A DNA stretch of 64,000 nt from Vicugna vicugna. Its lineage: Eukaryota. The stretch spans positions 496,001-560,000 of the forward strand of contig MU058221.1 in the NCBI GenBank assembly GCA_013265495.1, written 5' to 3'. A program made the position numbers and the translations under genes. The notes beneath the pieces were generated by a model, which saw only the letters and a list, made by a program, of their open reading frames with translations, searched no databases and was not told the origin of the DNA. This document shows, piece after piece, positions 1-10,465 of the stretch (positions are counted from its first letter, which is position 1; every line of letters starts with the position of its first letter).

Positions 1-689
1 ATTGCAGTAAATGCCTTGAGCAGAGCCAGCTCTGACTCGTATGCCAAGAAGAGGGTTAGGCAGAGCTGGGACAAGAAGAGGGCTCAGGAGCCCAGCAGGG
101 GCAGAAAGCAGACAAAATCACTCCCAGAATCAGAGAAGCACGTCCCTTTGGGAAGATTCAGAACAGATCTGAGACCGATGGGTCGGAGAAATGATTACTG
201 GCAAGGCAACGAGAAGCCTTGAAATTCCACAGGAATGAAAGTGGCAGCTTTAAGGCACCACTTCAGGGGACAAGGAAGGATGAAGTCAAAGGACGCGGCA
301 TCGTTCAAAGTCTTGTTGGTGAAGGAAAAGAAGGAAACTAAAGATCCTACAAAACAAAAAGTATCACAAAGTCAAAGGACATGCCAATCCCTTTTCAGCA
401 ACGCTTCACCAAGAGGTTTGAAGAATAAAACAAAACAAAACAAAAACTACTTAATAGAACAACTACGGAGGTTCCTGAAGAAATGCCGTGAACCAGCTCA
501 GCCAGTTCCTTCTGCCTGGAAAGCATCACCTGTTATTGCTTGTCCAGAAAATGAAATGATAGTTTACATTTTCCCAGAGCACATAAAATAGAATAACATC
601 TAGAGTCTTTATATGAAGCAAAATTAACGTTAATACCTAAACATATACATGCACACTTAAATAAAATTACCAGCCTCTTGCATACTTAT

Positions 690-2250
690 GCATATTTACG
701 CAAAATTCCTAAATAAAATATTAACAGAAACTTCTCCCATGTTAAAAATATGCATCACGGTCAAGCAGGATTTGTCCTAAAAATGTAAGAATAGTTTAAT
801 ATTCATAAGTACTTTGGTGTAATTTACTGGATTAATAGATCCAAATAGAAAAATAAATGATTACCTCTGTATATGCTGGAAAGGGCTTTCGTAAAGTCAA
901 TACCTACCTCTGAAAAAACACTTAATAAAATAGGAGTTGGAGGATACTTGCTTACCTACTGAAGAAGTTATGCCTCAACCCTAAGCCAACACTCTGCTTG
1001 CTGGGGACTCCAGCGGCTTTCCCCCGAGGAATGCACAAGAGGCGAGGGTGCTCAGCATCGCCGCTAACACTTGACATTGCACTGGAGGCGTTCATGAGCA
1101 CATCCAGACCAAAGATTACGCAAAAGGAACAAAACACAACAAGCCAAAAGCTAGTAGAGTTGTAGAAACTGGACAGAAAAATAAAACCACCTTTTCCAGA
1201 TGTCACGATATCATTATTGACAACCTAGGGCAGGAGACAGCGAGTTACGGCTCATGGCCTGGCCCTCTGCTTCATGGAATAAACTTTCTGTAAATAAAGT
1301 TTTGCTGCAGCACAGCCACGTGCATTCATTTACGTGTCGTCTCTGGCTGCTTTTGCACAAAACGAGAGAGTTTGTTAGTTGTGACAGGAAACTGATGGCC
1401 GAGGAGGCCTAAACTATTTATCATCAGGCTCTTTCCGAAACAGTTTGCTAGCCCTTTGCCCTAATGAATCAGGGATAAGATTAACACAAACAGTAACACT
1501 TAATTAAGTTGGCAGAATGTGAAATGACCAGCAAAAGTCAATAATCTTTGCATGTGAATAAGAAGATCTAGTTGTTCGAGAAGTCTAAGAGGAAACTCAA
1601 TTCACAAGAGCAACATAAAAAAATGAATAAACCCCAATGAATAGGACATCTAAATATAACAAGTGAGCCACATAAGGACTGGAAGAATTTTAGATGAATT
1701 AATTTATAAACTAATAATAGGAAAAGCCGTTTTAATTATGACTCAAAATCTAGATACAGAAATGGAAAATATTAATTAAGCTGACATAACAGTTCACAAA
1801 AAGCCCCACAACAAATGAGGCAAAAGTCAAAAGAGAATCAAGGGGGAAGTATTTGTAGCATTTATCACAGATGGAAAACTCATCTGTCCAAAAGTATAAA
1901 GAGCTGAAGGATGAGCAGGGGAGATGAAAAATGAAAGTAAATGCAGAATACTTTCCATTTGGTATACTGAATGGGAGAAAAAAAGTAACTTAACAGGGCT
2001 GTTGGGTGACCAAAAGTTGCCTTTAGACATTATTGTGAAAACTAGAAAAATTAAAAGAAATTTAAGTTATCTCAGTCATTATGGGAAGAATTTGTGTAAT
2101 AATCTCTTAAATGCAAATGCTTTAAAACATTCTAGGACACTTAAGTTACAATTAGCATATCTTTCTGGTCAATTTCTAATAGCAAAAACCTGTGTCCAAT
2201 AGAAGAGGGAAGATTTTGCAAGATATTTGGATGTTTGGCTATCTGGGAAA
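690..2250 (+). mobile_element. Old L1 (L1M-type) ORF2 fragment covering the reverse transcriptase region and downstream, decayed, interrupted by MER58A
   Basis: Degenerate DNA follows the L1 ORF2 motif order: gcaaaattcctaaataaaatatta (AKILNKIL), catcacggtcaagcaggatttg (HHDQVGF), tatgctggaaagggctttcgtaaa (DAEKAFDK), ttttccagatgtcacgata (FADDMI). L1-like sequence resumes after 1458. Confidence 0.8.
1231..1458 (+). mobile_element. MER58A-like hAT-Charlie MITE
   Basis: Core tgtaaataaagttttgctgcagcacagccacg...cattcatttacgtgtcgtctctggctgctttt. Ends cagg.../...agtttgctagccctttg. Flanks acctaggg / ccctaatg resemble a decayed 8-bp TSD. Confidence 0.85.
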
Positions 2251-3063
2251 TAATTTACAAATTTTAAAATTCTTATAATGCTGATAGCTGTACAAACAAC
2301 AATATTGCTATTATTTTGGAAAGCCTGACGTGCGCTGACACTGTTCTGTGTGCTTTCATGGACTGTCTCCTCTAAGGTAGTGAGAGCCTGAGAAGTTAAG
2401 CATCTCCCTTCCATACACGGGAAGCCAAAGCACCGGTGGGTTGACCTCACCCACGTGCGGAGCGGGCGGCGGGCGGTCTGGGTCTCATCCCAGCGACAGC
2501 ATTGCGCTTGACGTACAACAGGAAAGCGGCCTCTCGCCAGAATATTTACAGCTTCCACGGCATCTCTTAATACTCTCCACAAAGAGAACGGACGCCGTGG
2601 AGCCACCAGACAATAAATTCAGTCTTTTCACTGCCGATCTCGAAGCACACTCCACGCTCTAGCTAACCTTTCCCTCCTGGAGAACGGCTCACTTGGTTAG
2701 CTTTCTCAGCCCTTTTCCGTCCTCTCTGACACACGATTATAGGCTGGTTTTCTTGTTTATTTGCCAGATACATACTTTGATTACTTCCTCTTCCATTTAT
2801 GGACTTTAAACGCTAGTCCCTAGCTTTCCAGTTACTTGATGGTGGCGCAGACCATCATTCTGCTGCCAGAGCTGCTCCAGGCCCATCATGTCAGGGCTGT
2901 GATGCTGATACAGATTTTACTGCTTCTAGGAAGTTAGCAAGATTTAATAGACCCATGAGGAGCAGTTTCTCCCATTTTAGGCATTTTGAAAACTGATTTA
3001 AATATAAATTACATTTTTTTTTTGCCAAACCTAAAGATGTGACGTGCATCAGTGATTACATAT

Positions 3064-3358
3064 CAGGAATTCCCCAAACATGTTCCAAGGAACCACAAAA
3101 GTCAATAGGTTTAATTTTAAGAGGGAAACAAAACCAGTGGGGGAAGTGGGAATTCAAAATGAAATACATTTAGGAAAAGGTAGGGGGTTTTCCATATTTT
3201 AAACTCAGAAAGACATAGCATTTTAAATATTCATCATGGCCCTCCAAGAGGGAAATGAGGTATGTTGTACTTCCCAAACATATTCATTCCCCAAGTCGTT
3301 TTTCAAAGAGGATCTTAAAGGACTAATTTTCCTCAAAAATGACTTTGGGAAATATTGA
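3064..3358. mobile_element. hAT-Charlie-like MITE, family not resolved
   Basis: Imperfect terminal inverted repeats caggaattccccaaac ... ctttgggaaatattg. Confidence 0.45.
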
Positions 3359-4224
3359 CTTGGAAAGAAATGCGGTAAGAAACAGTGAAATGGCACTGCA
3401 GTGGCATATTTGGGGTATTTTTAAGAATCTTTCCTACTGACTTATTCAAAGCTGTCCCCAAAGTGTAAAAGGATGTTGGAAATCATAAATAGGGGGCTGT
3501 TACTTAATTTGAACTTCAGAGAAACAGATGGAACTATTATCAGCAGAAAACAAGCAAAATAAATCAATGCACAAAACATTTAAAACACAGCTGACCACAG
3601 AGTTTGAATTTATAATTTACAAACCTACATCAAATGACATTGAAGTAGCCATGCCATTCTATTATGGTGACATCAGTTAGTTACATTTTATATTAAAGAA
3701 AAAAGCTTTCACACTTGGTTTTTAAGATACATTCAAATGTATGTTGTCCAAAAGACATTTTTGTAAAGCTGCACCCAAATAAAAAGGGATACTTTTACAA
3801 GAAAGGGTGAATTTTATCAAAAAGCCATTACTGATCTCAGTAGAGGTCGAGAAACTCTAATAAACTGGTCATATCTGAGAACGTTTGATTACATTCATTT
3901 AAAATGTTTAAAGAATGAATAGTCCAAGGGACCTCAAAACAGATAATTCTTGGTGAGTTATTTCAAATCTTCAAAGGGCAAATAATTTCTAAATTATATG
4001 ACCCATTTCAAGACAAGAAAAATATCTAGACAGCCCCGAAATATTGTTCCCCGCTAGATGAAGAAGCTAAGAGTATCAACACAGAGAGGGAACATCCCGG
4101 CCAGTTGATGATATGGTTCAATTGTGCATTTGTCATTGTCATCAACATGGTACTGATTGATACACAGAGGGAAATTTCTCTGAAATTCCACAGGGATCTT
4201 GATCATCCGCATCCTGTTTTGGGG

Positions 4225-4256
4225 TGTGTGTGTATGTGTGCGTGTGTGTGTGTGTA
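4225..4256. repeat. Imperfect (TG)n microsatellite
   Basis: Seen directly. Confidence 0.9.
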
Positions 4257-7200
4257 CACGTATACAAGATGTCGCCTTCAATCTAAACTGAGTGCTTTGC
4301 TCCAGTTAAGACAGGAGCCCAGTTGTCTGAGATCCTTAGAGGCCCCCTGAAAGACAGCTCATCCTGAAGACGCTGGTGTGTTTCCTGGCAGGCACCATCA
4401 GGGCCAGAGACAAAGAAGGTTCTAGTTGTGTCGATGCAGTCCGTCCTTGCTTTTCCCATTAAGAAAAAGTCACAGACTCACGTCTAGACCCCAAAGATTA
4501 AACAAACAAACCGTTTTAAGTAAGATCTCAAAGAGCTGTTCTGCTCAGAACGCCACACATATTTAGCATGCACCATGCTTGTACGTGTTCTACGTGCTTG
4601 ACGCCAGAGAGGAAAAGGCAGTTTTCATTGCTTTTTTGTCACTTAGTCACGAGCCACCGTGGAGCAAACAGCTTTCCCCTAGAATGCAGGTGGGTGTGCC
4701 ATGCGAGAAGAACCGGACAGACGTTAAGGTGACCGGGACTCAAGCAAGTCCACAGCACATCTAGTGACTCTCCCAATCAGGTAAATGCAGACGCGCACAT
4801 TACACTGAAAAGGTCAGTTAACTGTTCAGTCTTTGTTGGCATCTGTTGTTGAAGATGAGGAAAGAGGACCAGCAGATGACATTTACAGGGAGGCAAATTT
4901 TAGATGCTCCAAACTTCCGTTCTCTAAAATTAGATGGGGCTGACTATGAAGTTGGTTTCCCTGAGAGGCAACGGGCTTTTGTCCACATGCGAGAAGACCG
5001 CATGAGGATAATGCGTAGCAAGAACTCGAGCACTGACGAATAACTGGCCTGTACGACCCGGCATGCTGGGATTCTGCTATTCTTGTTTATGCAAAGTACT
5101 GGGCACAGAAAACTCTCATCTCATGCCTTACATCCAGATGGAGGCTTTGTTCCGTGAGTTCTAAAGTTACCACTTTTGAAGATAATACGTGCAACTGATG
5201 TTATTAATTAACTTGTTTGCCATCGTTTGGCACTAACGCAGACTGTCAGGTTGCCACACTAGCTAAAATGAGCAGGTTCATTGTTTTTTAAAGTGGTGCT
5301 TGTGATCAAATGGTGTTTTGCTAGAAAGTTATGTGAATGTTCTTATTTTCAAAAGGGGCCACATGTTTAACTCTTTTGTAAGACCAAATTCTATTTGGTG
5401 AAGGTATTAAAAAAAATCACTAATGCAAATCTTCTGCAAGAAGTCTGAGTGACATGTTTTATTCTTTTAGTAAACTGGCATCTCAAGTCAGCTGACAGTT
5501 CTAAACACTTGACTGTAAACTTGTTTAACAGGTACCTAGATGCAGATATCTGTGTGAGCCTGTGTGAAATATGCACACATATGTTGCCCATGTGTGTATG
5601 TGTGTATGCATGTGTATATGGGTTTATATACATATACAGGTTCACACACACATACCGTGTACTCACGACGTACGTGCACAAATGCGCACGGCTATACTAG
5701 ATAGCTAAAAAATAAAACATTTGACAACAACGTGCTTTATGCACTGCGATATTACTTCAACATAAATTATAATCTTGCAACTTCTACCTCTGTAGAAAAT
5801 TCACTTACCAAGTATTATGGAATGGCATTTCATTCTAAAATGAAACAAGGAAAAATACATTGGCAAACAATGCCATTAAAAAAAAAAAAGCCAAATTTAC
5901 TAGAACATCCCCAGGTAGGTGTCTTCCCACTATAAAGTTTTAGCACTTCATCTGCATTTCTTTTTGTAACCTATCTACTTTTTATAGAATTCTGTGTTAT
6001 TTTCCAGTGCTATTTATATGAAACTTGTGGAAGATGGTAGACAGATTGGCTATGGATAAAAATATATCTTATATTCAAATAAGCTCCATAAAATAGATTA
6101 CCGGTAAGTTCGTTGCTAGTAATCTGTTCTTAAACTGCAGCACCGTTTATCGGCCAAAGGGAAGGAGTGGTCATGATGAAAACGAGGCTGGGTGCAGCGT
6201 TTATGCAGTCTGTACAAACTGTAAGTCAAGGTCACGAATGTTGCCTCATTTTGCTATAGATTCTCAGAACAAAGGCAGACTTCGGTGGCACATCACACTA
6301 GAACTGCTCATCCTCTGGCTCAGTGGGGACAGAACTGAAAACACAGCCCTCCCAGTCATGGTTTCTGACAAGGAGAAGCAGCCAGATTGTTAGAGGTTTA
6401 AATATTTCTCTGCTTTTACCTTGAACTCTGGGTCTGTCCATTATCTGCTCGTAAATCCAGCACACTCTTCAGGGTGTGCAGTGAAGACCACGGCCTGTGC
6501 CTTCCTCACTCCATCTGAGTGGAATGTTAAGAGCCACAGGGGTAGACACAGTGTGAGAATTACACTGGTGGTATTAAGCCCGATTCTGTCTTTTTATAAA
6601 TAATTAAGACAATGGCTAACGTCCACGCAGACTGTGTAGGGTAGCAACATCAACCCAATTGCTTACATTGACAACTGAATTAATCTTAACCTTTTCTTTT
6701 TCTCTTTTCCATAACATATGGGCTCCACTCAGCTGTGGAATTCAGGGAACCTCACTGGGATCACATCTGCCAGGTTTGCAGGGAAGCAAAACCACTTGGC
6801 GGGTTTGTGTGCTGCTGTGTGTGTGGATACAGAGGTGGACGTGTGCCAGGTCCGTGTCCTTGGGAAAACACTGTGCCTTGTCCCAAAGATGTTAAAGATC
6901 ATCATCTGTTACATAGATGAACCCACAAAATATCCTCCCTGGGAAAATTTCACTAAAATGCTTTACACTAAGTTAAATTTTCTCTGCAGCTCACACACAC
7001 ATGCTTTAGACTCTGTTATGTTTCTCCTATGGCACGGCCAAAAAAAAATTACTTGAACAATAATTTAGACAATGAACACCATAACCTATGTAGTCATGAC
7101 TAATTAAAATGAAACAGAGGGAGAAGCACATTGCTTTGTGTACAAGAATGACAGTCTTCGTCAGCATGGACATGTTTTAGTTTCTGCCTACTCTTGGCCA

Positions 7201-7414
7201 AGGCACTGAAATTTTTGTCCTTTTGTACAAAAAAAAAAATCATCAAACTTGAACAATCCACGTAGCTTATCTTGGGTACAATTTTTCATGACTGGCAAAA
7301 TTATGTATGTTATAATTGAAAAAAGTTTATATGATTCAAAATATGCAAGCCACAAATCAGTTATTTAGAGAGTCTTCCCAGAAGAGAATCACTTCAGTTA
7401 ACACTGTATCTCTT

Positions 7415-7469
7415 GGGGGGGAGGGTATAGCTCAAGCGGTGGAGAGCATGCTCAGCACGCACAAGGTCC
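7415..7469 (+). mobile_element. 5' head of camelid tRNA-derived SINE (Vic-1-like), truncated before the B box
   Basis: gggggggagggtatagctcaagcggtggagagcatgctcagcacgcacaaggtcc. A box present. The tgggttc B-box segment seen in the copies at 28276 and 42900 is absent. Confidence 0.85.
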
Positions 7470-7650
7470 ATACGTGACACAGACAAACGGCGCGGTCTCG
7501 CTGTGTAGTGCAAGGGTCAGGGCCTGGTAACGGCCTGTGGTGAGAAATGATATGAAAAGGGTATGTGCATGTGCGCATGTTAGTCACCTGCTGTGCACCA
7601 GAAATTAGCACAGCACTGTAAACTGAGTATATGTCAGTAAAAAAAAAAAA
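7470..7650 (+). mobile_element. L1 3' UTR end with poly(A), joined directly to the SINE head
   Basis: gctgtgcaccagaaattagcacagcactgtaaactg plus A12. Collinear with the L1 3' ends near 19350-19540, 31845-32030 and 54630-54830. Confidence 0.8.
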
Positions 7651-8687
7651 GTAGTAGAATTTAAAAAATAATAACTTTTTTTGTGGCTGTAGATTGTGAA
7701 TTTCTGTCAGGTATTAGAGACTTTGAGATACCTGTTGTAAGTGTCAAAACTTCATGGTATTAAATTCAATCACCACTTCTATTCTGTCATCTTATTTAAT
7801 TACTTTCAGCAATAGGCATTCTTAACATACTTTATTATAATTTATCTATTAGGGTAATAGTTTTGTTCTGTTCTTTTCTATATGCCACATTACAGAGCAG
7901 TTCCTTGTGCATTACAGGTTTCTATAAATATTTCTTGAATGGATGACTGAATAATTTTGATTCTAGCAAATAATGCAGTTAAAATAAGGAATGCAGTGTA
8001 AGATTTATGTAAAAGGATCTTCATTTCAGCATAATTTAAACTAATAAAACAATGGAAAATCTCACATTTACAAAATCAAAGTAATGACTACAAATTGTGG
8101 CATATTCGTTTGATGGAGTATCATACAGGAATGAATCTTCTTTACAAAGAACATTTTGTATTACAGAAAAAGGCTCACAGTATGTTAAATAAAACCTGTA
8201 ATACTAAATCTGATGACATTCGTTAACACTTTGCTGAACTGACTCATGTAATAGCAGCTGTTGATTAGAATTGAAGTTTAGGACTGTAGACGCCTAAAAA
8301 TGTGTCTAAAAATCCAGGCATTACTCAGCATTTCTGTTTCCATCTGTCTCTCTTTGTCTCTGTCTCCGTTTCTCTCTCTTTGATGTATCGATTCTCTTAC
8401 TCAAGAGAATTTTTAATCAGGATCATAATGAGAAAAATGCATTTTAAATGGAACCACTGTCGCGGCGATTCAGAAAGGGGGAGGAAGAGGATGGAGTGGG
8501 AAAGCCCAGTGTCCTAGTTCCTGAACCCCCGTCCTCCTGTCCCCGTGTTACTGCCCACGGAAGGCTCAAAGACAGCAACTCTTAGGACGCTTCTGAGCAG
8601 AGTTTAGAAAAGTTTAAATGGAGGTCCAGAAGAAGATATCGAGACTCAGAATGTTGTCGTTGTCTGTGAATATGCCTCTTTAAAAAA

Positions 8688-9008
8688 TAATTTTAATTGA
8701 ACGCATTTTACACATAACATTGTACAAATTTAAGGTGTACGATGTTACTCTGATGCATCAATGTATTGTAATATAATTGCTCTGGTAGCAACAGCTATCA
8801 CATTGCATCTTTACAGCACAATATTATTGTCTATGTTGTTTGCATTGTGCATTCGATTTCTGTGGCTTATGTACTGCACATTGCAATTTTGCAGCCTTAA
8901 GCCACACCAGCCGCATCCCCTCTTCCCACGCTCCCTGATACCCCCCTCATTACTTGATGTTTCTGAGTCTGGCTTTTTGAGAATCCGTGTGTAAGTGATA
9001 CTGTACTG
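8688..9008 (-). mobile_element. L1MA-type 3' end
   Basis: ttttaattga...cataacattgtacaaatttaaggtgtac...gaatccgtgtgtaagtgata is the reverse of an L1 3' UTR. Confidence 0.75.
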
Positions 9009-9216
9009 TGGATATGGGTCTTGAAAGCAGAAATCTGGGACCAGAAAACTCCTCCCTTGGTCCTAGTCAAGTTCTCTTTTGCTGCCGCTCTTCCACGTTG
9101 AATGGAGGCCCTGCAGCCCCCAGAGCGCACCCACCCTCTTGCACACTTGCGTCTTGGCTTGGCAGCGGCTGAGCTGGTGGCAGCGGGCACCGTCCGCAGT
9201 GAAGGAGGAGCTGAGG

Positions 9217-9515
9217 GGTTAGTTTCATTGCTGTGGCGATAAATTGTCACAAGTTTGGCAGTTTCAAACAACACCAATTTTCTTACAATTCTGTACTTTA
9301 AAAGTCTGGCACACGTTTTAATGAGCTAAAATAGGTGTCAGCGGGGCTGGTTCTTTCTGGAGGCGCCGGAATAAACTGCGATTTCTAGCTTTTCCCGAAG
9401 CGTCTAGAGTCTAGCTTCGTCCTTTGCATTCCTTGGCTCGTGACCCTCGCCCTCAATATGCAAAACCAGGGACGTTGTATCTCTCGCCCACGCTTCCACA
9501 GTCACACCTCCCTCT
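9217..9515 (-). mobile_element. MaLR LTR fragment (MLT1D/MLT1C-like)
   Basis: ttagtttcattgctgtggcgataaattgtcacaagtttggcagtttcaaacaacacc...gagctaaaataggtgtcagcggggctggttctttctggagg...cattccttggctcgtgaccc. Confidence 0.75.
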
Positions 9516-9559
9516 TATTTTTCATTTCTCCTTTCTTTGTCTTCCAATTATTTATCTGG

Positions 9560-10250
9560 TAAATTATTTATTTTTATTATTTTTTCAGCATTTTCTCTTG
9601 CTTTTTTTCAGTTGAGAGTAGTTTCTCTGCCTTTCCACTTCACTTAACTTTCTCTGCCTCTATGAGTCCGCAGGTCGCCTCTGCACCCCATGGCCTAGCC
9701 TTCTCCCCAATCCCTTCCACCCCGGATCCAGTGCCACAGCACAGCGTGGGGTGAGCAGGTGGGCTGTTCACTCGGCTTGGGCGGGGGTGCACGGTGACGC
9801 AGTCCTGGGAAAGCTGGTAGCTGTCAGGGCAGCCCGTTGTCTGTGATTCCCCGGGGGCACGTGTGCAGTCCCTGTAAGCAGAGCGGAGGCTTCCCCAGCT
9901 CCTCTGTCTGTCCCAGTGGTCCCCCAGCCAGCCAAAGGGGCTGGTCTCCTCGGCACAGGACACTGGGACTGGGGCACCCAGGTGAGGGCTTGAGCCGCTC
10001 CCCCTCCAGGGTGAACGTCCACCTGTGTGAGCTTCCTTTTCTCTGCGTCCCCTCCCGGGGCGCAGGTCACGATGCGATCACTTGTCTCCCTTCCCTGTCT
10101 GATATTTGTGTGCCTCTTACAGCCTTGCTTCTATAGGTGTCATTTTGCTGGTTTCTGGTTAGTTCTCAGTGAGAATGGCTCCACGTGTAGGTACATTTTT
10201 AACGCGTTCATGGGTGACTTCACACCCTATTATTCACCATCTTGATCTCT
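9560..10250 (-). mobile_element. L1 5' UTR / promoter region fragment
   Basis: GC-rich block ending in caccatcttgatc (minus strand caagatggtg, the YY1-type motif at L1 5' ends). cccccagccagccaaaggggct and ggttagttctcagtgagaat resemble laurasiatherian L1 5' ends as I recall them. Confidence 0.65.
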
Positions 10251-10289
10251 CTGGTAGTTTTAGTTTTATACCAACAAATTCCAAGCATT

Positions 10290-10465
10290 TTACATATTTT
10301 ATGCCATCATGATTATACTATAAGGTCGTTTAACAATCCTCATATTACACATGGAAACAAAGTAAGCTTCATGGTTTAAAATGCGAGGCTAAATTCATTA
10401 GATAGGAACAAATAAAACTGAGATGAACACAGGTCTGTCTGTCACTGAATTCATACACTGTCGAT
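10290..10465 (-). mobile_element. MIR relic
   Basis: atcctcatattacacatggaaacaaag...aactgagatgaacacaggtctgtctg. Confidence 0.5.

Noticed and set aside
2169..2662. 145-aa minus-strand ORF over a CpG-rich patch
   Set aside because: Non-ATG start, runs into L1 relic sequence, no acceptor and no recognisable domain.
5590..5660. Hairpin or miRNA-like inverted repeat
   Set aside because: Pairing comes from adjacent degenerate (TG) and (CA) simple repeats.
7415..7469. tRNA gene
   Set aside because: This and the copies at 28276 and 42900 are SINE heads without a complete cloverleaf.
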